Of a stretch of 64,000 bases of DNA, positions 50,965 through 64,000 are shown one piece after another; position 1 is the first letter of the stretch; every line of letters begins with the position of its first letter. The translations under genes and the position numbers were made by a program. Origin of the DNA: Epiperipatus broadwayi. Its lineage: Eukaryota > Animalia > Onychophora. Below the pieces are notes generated by a model, which searched no databases, was not told where the DNA came from, and saw only the letters and a list, made by a program, of their open reading frames with translations. Where the stretch lies: NCBI GenBank assembly GCA_028023455.1, contig JAQFVV010000003.1:12896001-12960000 (forward strand), read 5' to 3'.

Positions 50965-52239
50965 ATGAATGTGTATTTTATCCCGTCTACTGATTCTTTA
51001 TTCTCTCTGGCTCTCAGAAAAAATATAACATCCAGGAAGGCCAGAGAGGAAAAGTATCACTGCCGCTCAGTTGTGCTAAACAACGTTGTAAACTTCACAA
51101 GAGCTCTGACAAAAGCTTTTTTGTTGAATATATCTATGTGAGAAAGTTCTCAGGGATTAAAAGTGTATTCCAAAGTTTTACGATAGATTACTGATCACTT
51201 GCACTAATTTTTCCTGGCATGATTAAGGATTTTGGTCATTTGTTTTGTTTTTTTTTATAATGTTTTTATCATATCTAACTCGTTCTTACACCAGCATTAC
51301 AAGTATCTGTTTTTAGTAAGAATTGATTTTTATAAAATAGAAATATATTCAAATATATATTTTGTGACTTGATAAGTTTATGAGGTGAGACACGAATACA
51401 ACGTCCATTATGACCAAGCACTTATAAAGCTACTTAAAATTTCATCTGTTTTGTTGTTCAGGGAGGATTGTCCATCTTTAAAAAACTGAAATTCTTTTTT
51501 TTTTTCCATATTGTAAATTATTGGATTGTGAAAGCAATATATATATATTCCAGTGACTGTGATAGGCAATAATCCTTCAGCCACAGATATTGATGAATAA
51601 TAGGATCAGACATGTCAGAAACTTCCTGGTACATTTGATCAAATAAATGGCTAAACTTTGCGATTGTAGAAATGTCATTTTATTGGTGAAAGAATTATAG
51701 GGATCAAAATTAATTTTTTTTTTTTTTGTATCCTTTTATTATTAAAGATTTTACAATTTTTCCATTTGTGTTTGTTTTAATTTTTAATTCTGATTATGAT
51801 GATTTGGCTTTAAAAATATCAGTCTCATAAAAAAATTATGGTTATTAATTAATATTTATTTTCTATTAAATTATTTTTTAAGATAAAATCTTTTATCCTT
51901 GTGTTTTTTCTTAGTGATGTAAGGGCCTTCATTATTTTGCTTTTAATTAGATGCTACTTCAAATTGCATTTAGAATGAAGATAGAGTTAAACAATTGCTG
52001 ATGATGAAGTATATTTAGTCATAATACACCATTGCCTAGACCTTAACCCTGAACAGAGCTTTTGAAGATCATTGTAAGCTCTAAATAAAATGTACTTAAG
52101 ATAATTGTGTTAGCCTGAATATTTATGACGTTATCACTGCCTATATTTCCTTTACTGCATATTGCTTATATTCTCTGCCATCCTTGAGAATTAGAATTAC
52201 CTTTTAGTGTCCTTTTGTGATTAATTTGTTCTTTTTTAT

Positions 52240-53520
52240 TTTTTCTTATACATAATCAGTTCTACTCTCTTTTACTGTTTTACTTTCATTTAAAGATCTT
52301 TGATCACCCGCATATTTAGAAATTGAAAAATCTCTTACGATCCTTTATACATATATTTTTAATGAATAGTATCAGTACCCTAATTGCAATATCAGAATAT
52401 TATGTCCTTTTTTTTTTTTATCTTTTATCTGTTATTGTTTTATTATTATATATTTTTATCAATCTTCCATCAAGACAGTATTTGTATATCAATCTGCATC
52501 ACTTTCTCAAGTATTCCTATTATTCTATTTTTTCAACATCTTATAATTAGCTCTTTTCTTAAGGTTATTAATCAGTTTTTTTTCTTTTATATTTTACTCT
52601 TTACAGTATCTTCTAATATATTCCAGACATTTCATCTATGTTTCGTAGCATATTCCATCCAGTTTCTCTTACTAATCTTCTTCAACATCTCTACATATTT
52701 TACCTTGTCTTTCCAAACTTATTTTTATTATTCTCCATCATAACTATATGTCTAAATCTCTGGTACATTACTTTTTCAATTTTTCTGAATTTTTTCCGTC
52801 ATAAAGGAACAATCCAACAAAAAAAACCCACTTTACTAGCTGCTCTTTTAGATTTAATTTCAGTCTTCGAATAGCTTTTGAACTATTGCAGTTCTCACTA
52901 TAATTTACTTCCATCCTTTTCAAATTTTAAATATTTAAAAACTTAAATCTGCTTCACAATTTATCTAACACTTATAAATTTTATTCCCTATTTTTATTAC
53001 TTTAGTTTTTTCATCCCAAACTTATTACAATTTTTTTCTATCTTACTTAGCATTGGTTTAAGTTCATGCTCACTCCCTGCAAATGCTAATTCTTCATCAG
53101 TAAATCTGATGCACTAAGTTCTCCTTCCACTATTGTTCACTCAGCCTTTATTGAGACAATACTCACTTGTCACTTCGTCTAACAAGTAATATTAAACAAA
53201 ATAGGAAAAAACACATATTTATCTCATACTTTGTCCTATTTCATTTAGATCTTAACAGATTTCTTATAATCATTCTAATTTATGCCTTTTCTTTTTCCAG
53301 TCTTCAACAAAATAATCCAATCTGCTCTATCAAACTTTTTCTCAAAATCCTAAAATAAATAAGCTTTCTCTATATATCTTTCAGTAATTGTCATTATTCC
53401 AATTGTATTGATTGTTCCTCTTCCTTTTCTAAATCCAAACCAGTTTCTAAATTAAAAACAGATCTTACCATTCAAAACTATCAGTAATATTTCGGTAATA
53501 TTAAACAAATTGTTTTAATA
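52240..53520 (-). mobile_element. Decayed LINE (probably RTE) endonuclease/linker region
   Basis: Purine-rich minus strand with fragmentary RTE-like translation. This explains the hydrophobic low-complexity antisense ORFs at 52323-53358. Confidence 0.45.
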
Positions 53521-55084
53521 TTTTTGTATTGTATTGTATTAGGCTATTTTTCTAAAAGCCTAATTATTTAATCATTTATTTGAGTGAATTTATTGCTTTA
53601 TATATATATCATTAGTGTTCATGATATTTAATGCGCATAGATTTTGATTGATTTATAAAAATATCCTCATATATTGCTGTTTATACAGCATTTATTAAAA
53701 TATAATTTGTTAAAAATTTGCTATAGAATTCAAAACCAAGAGAGTGCTTGCAATCTAAAATTATCAAAATTGCATCCACTCAATAAAACATATTTTTCAG
53801 ATGAAATGTATCATTTACCAATAATACCTCTTTGGTGCTAAAGATGCCGTTTTCATGCTAAAACTATAAGACAAGAACCTAAAATTTTAATAAGAGGCTG
53901 TAGGTTCTTTTGATCTTAATTCTGAATTTGTAAAAATCATTTTTTTTAACATAATATTTAACTGTTACACAATAAAAACAAATTGATAAAACATTAGAAT
54001 GAGGCAATACCTATATGAAAGCTTTTTTTTTTTTTTTAGATAATAAAAATCTGAATTATCCTAGATGTGTAGATATTGTAAAAAATTTGTTTTTAAATGA
54101 TCATGTGATCACTTACCAAGATAGTCAAGTAACATTCAAGAAATAACGTAATAAGAAGAGGAAAATATTTTTATTCATTTAATTAAACAATTTTTTTTCT
54201 ATATTCCTCAACTGTGCAGAAATGTTTGATACTCTTGACATTTCGTTAAATTGTACTGGGTTTATTTATTTTACTTTAAACTTACTCACATTATTAAATT
54301 TCTTAGTAGTCCCGCGTCATTTTAGTTTGCATGCATTATGATTAAAATTTTTTAATCCAAATAAATTTATTTACCATATGTAAGAACAGGGGGAGAAAAT
54401 TCAATAGATGGATGATCTTGATCACTATTGTGACTATCCATGGTGACTAAAATAGTTTGCCAAGGTTTTGATAAAATCAATTATTTTCTTTAGGGTAATA
54501 ATGACTGGATTCCAAAGTAAGAGCTTGGATATAACTTTACAAACTTAATAGATTCTATTAAATTTCAAATTAACCCATGAAAATAAAACAAGGTAAAATT
54601 GTAATATATTGGCAGAAATTATAATTCTGTGAGTAGAGACTTCTAAATATTAAACAAATGGGTCTTTTGAAACTATTCAGAATTCTTACATGCCCTATTA
54701 CAATACCAATCTAGATTATATACTAATAAAATACAGATAGTCATATGACTCGAAGGCAACTCCTATTCTTTATTAAGTAACTTCTGTTGCCTTAATTATT
54801 AAGCTCTTTACAGTTAGGGATTTCTAACATTCTTTTAATTTTGAATAATTAAATCCTAGCTTTAAATATAAGAAGCTGATAAGTTCCCAGCAGAGTACAT
54901 TAAAATGTAAATAAAGGTTACATTACATAACTAAAGATCAAAAAAGTGACTACAAAATATCCCATCAATCATTTAAAATAAATTAATTTATTAACAGCAT
55001 GAAGAGTCCTATATAAAAGCCATGAAGTAGTCAGAAAAGTTGATGGATTTAACAGATGTATATGACATATAAACATGGTAATAC

Positions 55085-55310
55085 TACAAGACTAAGTAAC
55101 ATTGCATGTGAACATAATTCTAAATAACATTACATGTAAATAAACTACTACAACACCAAGTAATATTTCTCATAAAAAACTATAGCAATGTCAAGTAACA
55201 TTGCATGTAATCAAACAAATAAAATGCTAAATACAATTGCATATGAAAAGCTATTATAATGTCAAATAACATTACATGTACACTAGCTATTGAAATACCA
55301 AACAACATTT
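55085..55310. repeat. Degenerate minisatellite, about 7 units with 29-37 bp spacing, core AARTAACATTRCATGT
   Basis: Core copies near 55091, 55120, 55156, 55192, 55225, 55262, 55297. Confidence 0.75.
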
Positions 55311-56439
55311 GGACTTTCACAAATTAGTTTTGTTATCCTATTATTTCAAAAAATGTAATATTGTATTTCATTCTGTATTTTGCAAAATATAAGTGGAAAA
55401 ATTAAAACTTTGTTGAAGTATAAACACAGAAAAAGAAAGTAATATTTATCATTTACTAATGTCATCTTAATATAGTGACTTGTGTTAAGAATTTCATTGT
55501 AAACTTTAAAGATGTCCAATTTTAACTTTATTAAAGTTTATAATTACAGTTTAAATAGATGTTATAAAAAAAAAATTTTCACACTTCTTATATAGTAATT
55601 ATTATCCAACATTAAGGTCACAAATTGCTTTCAGCTATGTTAATAAGAAAAGTTTTATGAATGGCAATCAATAATTCATTATTTCTTTGCATTTTATTTT
55701 TTCCCACTAGACAAAGCATTTGTTTGCAGGGAATAATTTTATAAAAATAAAATGGGAAGTATTGTGGGATTTCTATTCGAAATTAATGGGATGTTTTTTT
55801 TTAAATACAAATTTTTTCCAATAGTTAGAATTTCTTTCCAGGAACATCTTAGATGATCACTATCAAAGCAATGCTACAAAGTTATCCATGTTGATAAAAA
55901 AAAAAGACAGATTCTAGATTAGTTTCAGTCTACTACCATTTCTATTATGCTATTCAAGTTAATAGTAATAAACTAAAGATTAGCCTTTCAAGCTAACGTA
56001 CATGCGCTTTTTATGAATGTTAATAATAATAAATGAATACTTTCATCTCAACACAAGATAAAGTCTTTGTGAACGAATAAATGAATCCACTTATTCATTC
56101 AACCCAAATGCTTATATATGGGCAAATCTTAAGTATTGGATATGAAAGTGTGAGGATAAATCAATCACTTTAAATTACTGTTTACTATGTCTGAATGAAT
56201 GACGTCAACGAAATTATCTAGAATTTATGAAACGTCACTCTTAAATGAAACTAAACATATGTAAATGAGGCATTTATTTATAGATTAAAATTTTCAGTAA
56301 GCCACTTGCTTGATCTAACTATAGGCTAGACATTAGTTTACTGATAAAAGTCAACAGTTTTCTGTCTGATTTTTGATAACGTAAATGAATGTTTCATGAA
56401 AAAATTATGAAAGAAGACATAATTTATAATTCTGATAAA

Positions 56440-58430
56440 TATAGCAAGAGCATAAAAGACAATAGAAGCAAATTTGAATTGACCTTAATTTTCACAGTAA
56501 AACATTTGTATCTCCAATATACTATTTGATCAACTTATCCCATTAATATTCCTCCAAATATATTTCCCCTATCTTGCTAATTATCCAAATTCTGCTCGAT
56601 TCAAAACTGGTCCATCTAAAACATTTAAAAGTGTTTAATTTTGTAATTATCTTTCAAATTTTTAACACAATCTCCATTATTACTTCATTTGCTTTTTAAA
56701 TGTAAAAATAATTACATGTTCAGCAATTCTTCCCTTTTTAAACTTTTAGTTTTATTTACTTGCAGTTTAATCCCAATTTGTGTTCAGTTGATAATACTTT
56801 ATGGAAACTTAAAAGTCAGTGCCAAAAATATATGATACTTTCCTTACTAATGACTATAAAGGCATTAAAGTCATGTGTTATGATCAATCCTGAATTTCAT
56901 GAAATCTTTAGTGTTCTTTTAAGAATTAGCTTAGATACTCAGTTAATGACAATTATTGAATAGTTTAGCTGGATTGGCCATGAATTGGTTATCTGAAAAA
57001 AAAAAAAAATCCAACTTTGCTGAGTTCAAACCAGATTATGATTATAGCAGGCAAATACATTAACGATTAGACCACAGGGCTCAATTAAAATTTAGTCATA
57101 AAATATTTAAAATATTCTAATTTCATTAGCACTTTAATTTGTGCAAAAGACTTGGGTAATTATGAGATGGTTTATAGTCAGTACATTTCAAGATAATTTA
57201 AGACCTATTTAATAGGCTAATAAATGGTGGTACAATCAATGATACCAACTTCAACGACCAATTTCTAACTATTTGCCTTTATTCAAACAAAATGATTAAG
57301 AATGCACATACTAGATTTTGGAATAAAAGTTGTCTATTTATCTAATTACAGGTTAGTCAAAACATGAGGTAAAATGACCTCCTTAATGTGATGTGATATA
57401 AAATGCTCCATGTTTCATGAAGCTAGAAGTATCTATATCTAGGTTATATACTCAGAAATCCTATTAGCCAAATTAAACTTTTCCTCTTAAAACTATTATA
57501 TATCACAACAAACTCATTTATTTCTTACTAATTATTAATCAATCATTTTTACAGTTGATTCTTTTTTTCTCTCCTAACTATTTTAATAAAAAACTTTCAA
57601 TAATTCCATTATCTTAACCTCATATTCTCCAATTCCATTATAAAGAACTAAACAGAAAATCATAAATTCTCTACCACCTTGATACTCTTTATATTTAAAT
57701 TTCTCCCAATCTCTACTATTTATGCTATTTCTCTTTCAATCTTAAATTGTAGATATTGCGCTTCCACCTGGTATCCTTTGATTTATCTATTTGGCTTCAT
57801 ATACAAAGGTTTTATATTCCTGTCTATTATTTATTATTTGATGAGATTCTTATAGATGCAAAGTCTTGCTATTTTCTCTTGTCTTCAGCTTTAAATTTTT
57901 TTTTTTAATCCATCAGCTTCATAATATGTCCCAAGAGGTTAAATATTTGATAATTGATTCATAAGATTCTGTTGTTTTCCAGGCAATAGCTCTAAAGCAT
58001 TTTTCTTTTTGTCTTTCATATGTAAAGTTCAACTTAGACAATTATGTATTTACACTAACTTGCTTATAGTCTTAAGAAAGATATTACTACTGTATATATT
58101 GATTAAAGAGCCACTCGATAATTTGCTAAAAGATTTTCTCAATATTAGTCATTTGTTTCTTGAAGATCTGATGCTCTACCTTTCAAATGATCACAGCAAT
58201 TTCCTCCTTACAATCACCAACTTTTATTCTGCCTCTCACTCTCTTTAATAAACTTCAAACATATTCACACCTAAGCACATGCCTAATCTAATTTCTCTTC
58301 CGTTTCTTAATTTTCTCAAAAAAAAAATGTTTATTCATTTTTTCCAATAGTAGCATTATTTTTCCATTCTGCTCTAAGTTCACATTTCCTTATACTCTAA
58401 TCTTTTTGTCTCCCATTTCAAAAGTTTAAA
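56440..58430 (-). mobile_element. Cluster of decayed LINE fragments (about 56440-56760 and 57440-58430)
   Basis: Composition and fragmentary translation resemble the other RTE relics; no intact motif run. Confidence 0.35.
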
Positions 58431-59446
58431 CAAAATTTGCAAATTGATTAAACTATTGCAATTTTCAGATTTAATATTAAAAAAAAGGTGAAGCTAGTAT
58501 TTTTTGAATAGATAATTTTTATTTATTTACAGTTTATTTACTAGTTATTTTGTTGTTAATATTGTTTTTTCAAAATATTGAGATATAACTTATTTTATTA
58601 TAATTCATGATTAATATTTATATAAATTTGTTTTCAATAAACCATCCATTTATTATCTTTGTTTTCCATGCCACATTTTCTTTAATTTTTTTGTAGAGTA
58701 TTTTATTGATTTGATTATCCCTAAAAAGAAACAAATAAAGATACCAACATTTATAAAAGCATTTTAAAAACATAATCAAAACAAGTAAAAAATAAACATT
58801 TCATATATGCAACAATTGAATATACATTACATAAAATGCACTGAAAAATATAACTGACAAAGTTCTTGTAATCCTAATATATGTTTACCACACATTTGAA
58901 AAATTAATCATGGTGTATGAATATGACATTTCTCCCATCAGCAGTAAAGGCTGCTGCCATATTACAAATATATTGTTTGATCTCAGTATCAACATATCAA
59001 TACTTATCTTGCCAACAACTCAGATCAACCTGTAATCTTTACCTCTGGCTAATAATAATTAGATACCCATTTAACAAGTAATACTATAGATGGCTGGCTA
59101 GATTGACTGATCCAGATGAAAAATTTCCATCGTTCATCTAGCTTAGTCTTGAATTCCATGTCATTCATGGGTACAGAAGGTGGATAATTGTGCCCTAAAA
59201 TCTTTGAAGATCTAATTAAACAGGCATGTAAATTCTTTTTCTCCCCTCCTCTTCTGCTTAATCTTACAATAATGATTTATGATCTATCTTGATTTTCATC
59301 AGATGTTTGCTCAACGTGAATCATTGAAAGCTTTTTTTTTTTTGCATGGTTTAATAAAGAATGAATAGTAAAGTTGAGCTTCAATTGTTTTTAGAATATA
59401 CATAAATTAATATTTTAATGATAATGCTAGAAATTATCATCATTAG

Positions 59447-60421
59447 TATAATGGTCGGGGTTTCGAGTCTTACCGTATCTGCCGTACAGGGCACCACCAG
59501 GCCATTTGAACCTGGAAAATTTATACGGTAGGCAGATACGCACGGGAGAGGTTACCTTTTTATCAAACCAAAAGCACCAGTCGCTAGCTCAGGGAGAAGC
59601 TGAGCTTAAAATATATTTATTAAAATATATTTTTAATAAAGATTAAAAAGAATAAACTAGATCACTGCCAGTACTAATAACATAACAGATTTTATTAACG
59701 CACATTTAAAATTTGAGGAATAAAATTTATATTTAGATTTTAACATTAATTTTTAAATTTAAATTACTATTTCAAATATTCCGCACAGATGGACATTTTA
59801 ATAATATTTTACTTTAACATGTTGAGTATAGATAGGCTACATAGATTCCACAGTTAATAACTTTTCAAAACAAATCATTCAATCTCAGACTAAAAGTTCG
59901 TAGCCAAACCAACGCCTGCTTCCAGATATATAGTCGCAACCAATGCAATATGAAGATGCTAGCATAAAACCACGCTGACAGGAATGTGCATCTGACAGTG
60001 TGATATTATTTGAGGGACATGATCCTCATCCAGTACAGGAATGTGCGTCTGTCTGGCGAAGGAATCATGTATATGCAATAATTAAAGAGAAATGCTACGT
60101 ATGAGGGAGGGCAGTCTATATGCCGACTTGCAGTCCCTATCCATATAGCTAAAAAGGGGTCAATGGCGCAGGAAATAGGTCTGCGTCCATTGCAACGCCA
60201 TGACTACATCTTTGGGATTATGCATTCAGTTGGGCATGTTGCCCTATATGCTAAACATGCTTCACATTGCATTGATATAAACACCCATATATCCCTTCAC
60301 AAGCATTGATGTAAACTACGAGACTAATAGCCCAAAATTAAAACCCCTTAAACTAACATAAACTTAATGAATCTATATAGCTATCCACACCCAACTTAAA
60401 TTTAATACATTTTAGTTAACA
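59447..60421 (-). mobile_element. Possible solo LTR
   Basis: GC-richer island. Minus strand begins TGTTAAC, has a 17-bp internal direct repeat (59978/60035), a TATATAT box and AATAAA in LTR order. The other end is not a clean CA and the TSD is only 3 of 5 (attag/gatag). Confidence 0.35.
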
Positions 60422-62149
60422 GATAGAAATAAATAACCTAGTTAAATATAAATAAATAAATAAAAAAAAAAGGAAATGATTGAAATAGCAAACTTATATA
60501 AAAATAAATATTTATAATTGATTTAGAGTTCTATTCTTAGTCAGATAAGAGTCCATTTATTTATATTACTTTTTTTTTTTTTTGGATTGATTACTTATTG
60601 AAGTTATACTGTAATTATTTAAAAGAAAGTTCAATTGGTTTAGAGGTCCATCTTCGTGATCACTTACGTAGATTGTTTGTTCTTTTTTTTAAAAAACGAA
60701 GCCACTACTTGCCATTCCTTGGTCCATAACTGTCATAGGAAGGTCTCAGCTGGTTGTCAAGAAATTAAATCTATTGCAGACTTCTACATCGTGAAGCCTG
60801 CAATACAGCTATAGTTCATATGTAGATTCAAAGTCAGCTTTCCGATAACAATAATAATAATAATCCCCCCTGAGTTAAAAAATTTGGGGTTTTATACTTT
60901 TATTAGCCTCTTATTAGCAAATCTTCGGATTCAACAAGCAAGACGTCACTAATCCTCTCATGTTTCATTTACGGTCCATGCTGTGGTTTCGTGCTTGCAT
61001 TGGTCATTTAATTTCTTTTTATTCTCTTATCTGACCATTTAATTATTCGAGTGCCCCAAGGGCTAGTGTGCTTTAGAACAATCATTTAATTAATAAAACA
61101 ATCATTCCCATTTTCTAAGATTATAGAAATCAACATTATTTCTATTTTCGAAATATCAATCTTTATATACTTTTTTCTTAAAATAGTTTAAGTTTTCCAT
61201 CTGCATGACAATATATACATTAAATATAACTTTCACTTTTCAGTTTTTAAGTTAAGTTTTTTCTTTTTAATAAATCAATTTTTATTTACGAACTTAAGTT
61301 TTTATTTTAATTTTAAATTAATGTAACGGCATATTGTATACCGTTACATTAGGGATCAAGCATTGTTATTTGATCTTTGTATTCTAATGGCCAGAAAATA
61401 ATACATTTCTTGGATCATTTCATATAAAGCTATATCTTTTTAAAAAATTTTAGATTACGATTTAAAAAAAAAAAAATCATAGTCCTATTTAATTTATATC
61501 TTCATTTTGAAAAATATTATAACTATCTTGATTGTATATTGGTTTAGATATTACTACTGCTATTTTTTTTTTTTTATCATTAATTATTTTTGACATATAC
61601 TAAATAAAGCATCATATAATTATGATGGCTTTCTTCTCTACATATTTTCAGCATTTGTATTACAAACAATAATTTTTTTTTATTCCAGAGCTATTGTAAG
61701 CTTGAACAATCAACGATAATGTTATATCAATTGATTGCTCTAGATAAAAATAAATTGCTCTCTTTGATAAGTATTATTTTTTTTTTACTTAATTTGTTTC
61801 TCTAAAGGATGCAGATTGAGTCCTAAATAAAAGCTAGATAATTGATAAGATGTAAGCAATTATGAAATACTTTATTAAAGAAATAAAAACTGAATTCAAT
61901 GTACATAAATAATATTTTCAGAAACACATTCATAATTAATACTTACAAAAATAACCTAGAGAAATAATTTCTAATTATTGTAGTTGAGCTCTTAAAATGT
62001 TAAGGCCAAATCAAATGAGATATTCTAATAGAGACTTGAATTCTGTTATTGTTCTGTGGTTCATTTTGGCCTCCATTAAAAAAAAATTGTTTTGTCCTTC
62101 AATAAAAAAAGTGCTTAAAATAACAGCAGCAATATTTATCAGACATTAC

Positions 62150-62960
62150 TCAACCAAGATATATAATACATGAATATACACAAATGTCAGGGTTAATTTA
62201 AAAGCATAGCTGAAATTATTTTGACAGTTTGAAATTATATATTGGACTATTTTTATTTATTATTGTTTTGCTATTACTAAGAGTTGAATGTTTAAATTGA
62301 AAATTGAATATTTCTGAAATATATTTAATAGTTAATACTAGGTAATGGAAATAGTCCTACATATAATATACAACTAAAATGCCACAATCACGAACTTTCG
62401 GACAAATAGTTTTTGATAGTTGCATATGCATATATATATATATAAAATACGTATTGAAAACAATATATTTATAATAATATTTAGTCTCATTATTTCGGCA
62501 CAAAAGAAAAGTAGATAATAGAAAAATTAGGAAAATGCTCTTTAAAAATATTAATATTTAAAAGTCCAATATAAAAATAATTTTTTTTTTTAAAAAAGCT
62601 AACAATTTTCAAAAAATAGAGCATATAAAGAATGTCTCAGTAAAACATTACACTCACTGAATGCTAGCAATCCACAGCTAATTAGAAAATGTCCACAGGA
62701 AGAAGTAAAGCATTCTATTAACAGTAGCATACATTTGAATCAATATTGAGGATATGGCTGCATTCATACATTAACTCAAGCATAAACCAAGATTTAGATA
62801 ATGTACTTTTAGATATATGCATATACACAAATATCAGGGTTAATTTAAAAGCATAGCTGAAATTATTTTGACAGTTTGTAATTATATATAGGACTACAGT
62901 ATTTTTATTATCTAGTATTGTTGTGCTATTACTAATCATTGGTTTAAATTGAAATTTGAT
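62150..62960. repeat. Local direct duplication, about 62150-62310 versus 62780-62960
   Basis: tcagggttaatttaaaagcatagctgaaattattttgacagtttg is identical in both copies. Confidence 0.85.
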
Positions 62961-63568
62961 TTTTTTCTATAAAGGTCTCTCAGTGTCTATCTGCTATTGA
63001 CTGTCTATTCAACTGTTGGTGACTTTTCTCCTTAGAATTGCCAAAAATAACACTAAATAATTTGAATACACATCTAGTACACTGCAAACAATTTCTATTT
63101 AACCATCTTCTAAAGAAGAGGAACTGGATATGAATAGTTTTCCATTAAGTAAGCACATTTATCTTGCTATTCAAATTAGTTTCGAAAACTTTAAAAGTAT
63201 TAGAATTCTCTATTTATTAATAGAAAGAATACAAAGTTATCATGGAATGAAAAACAATGTAAATTCACTATCTCCTAAGTAAATTAGCTAGACAAAATGA
63301 ATTTGGCTTGCATGTCATTTAGTGCCCATTAATTTTACTTATTGCTTACATTATGGCTTCTGGAAGAGATACATAGAATAACTCGCAGAGAAATCACATA
63401 TTATTCAATATTGCATAATTTCACACTTCGTTGTTTTATCTATTTTCTGGAAAAAAAAGTCTATCTAGAAAGTTTCTAACATTAGTATAATAAAAAAGTA
63501 ACATTTTTACTTCAGAAACAAATTCACATTGAAGGCATGGTGCTGCTTTAAAACATTCAGAATATGTC

Positions 63569-64000
63569 TAATATTTCTGTAGTGTAATTTTCACTACTTG
63601 ACTCTCACACAAGGTATGCACTGGTTTCTACCCATCTTTGACCAAAGACATGTAAAAAAGATATATAATCCCCAAGATGCACATTTCATGCTTAAACAGC
63701 TACTCGTCAATTGACTCGAATTACAATCTCTTACACATATCTTTATCATTGTTCAGTATAGGGAATTACTACAGTTTAACTGATGAGTGTCAAACTTACT
63801 GCCCTCACAACTTTGATACAAACTATTTCATGGAAGTATAATAATTTTTATTAGTCATTCATGAGTACTGGTTCAGCATGAAATGTGCATCTTGGGGATC
63901 ATACATTTTTTTCACATCTTTGATGATATATTTATAATTACATCTCTCCACAAGATGTTAATGTGGATAAAAACCAGTCCCTACCTTGGATGAGAGTGGT
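63569..64000. mobile_element. Third inverted-repeat element of the hammerhead-bearing family, cut by the window end
   Basis: Degenerate hammerhead on the minus strand at about 63671-63710 (TTGACGA core). The + strand copy at about 63861-63894 lacks the 5' CTG of the core. Spacer is homologous to that of 49696-50265 but inverted. Confidence 0.8.

Noticed and set aside
51480-51680. About 64-codon open minus-strand frame in the presumed 3' UTR region
   Set aside because: No start codon at its 5' end, no convincing splice sites and no partner exons found.
52323-53358. Hydrophobic F/I/L-rich ORFs as membrane proteins (also 7038..7446, 9884..10188, 32884..33231)
   Set aside because: They are translations of T-rich low-complexity or antisense LINE/transposon sequence.

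Overview
Strongly AT-rich eukaryotic (probably invertebrate metazoan) genomic DNA; base composition was judged by eye. Almost none of the supplied ORFs are real genes. One protein-coding gene can be assembled by hand on the + strand: 9 GT-AG exons from 3389 to 50964, in frame throughout, giving 311 aa of an unnamed WD40 beta-propeller protein whose 5' end lies upstream of the window. The introns and 3' flank are filled with mobile-element remains. These include a miniature LTR element with a 5-bp TSD (451-2003) and two copies of a non-autonomous Merlin-type DNA transposon with 8-bp TSDs (9257-11044, 32240-34225). There are also many decayed RTE-clade LINE pieces, a tRNA-Gly-derived retroposed insert, several foldback hairpins and an old tandem duplication of about 2.6 kb with possible coding relics. 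The most notable observation is an inverted-repeat family (about 27.7-29.5 kb, 49.7-50.3 kb, 63.6-64 kb) whose consensus folds into a minimal type I hammerhead ribozyme with a self-complementary stem III. This resembles Penelope-like or retrozyme elements. The two copies with an intact core lie sense within introns of the WD40 gene. All alignments were made by eye and repeat boundaries are approximate unless a TSD is given.
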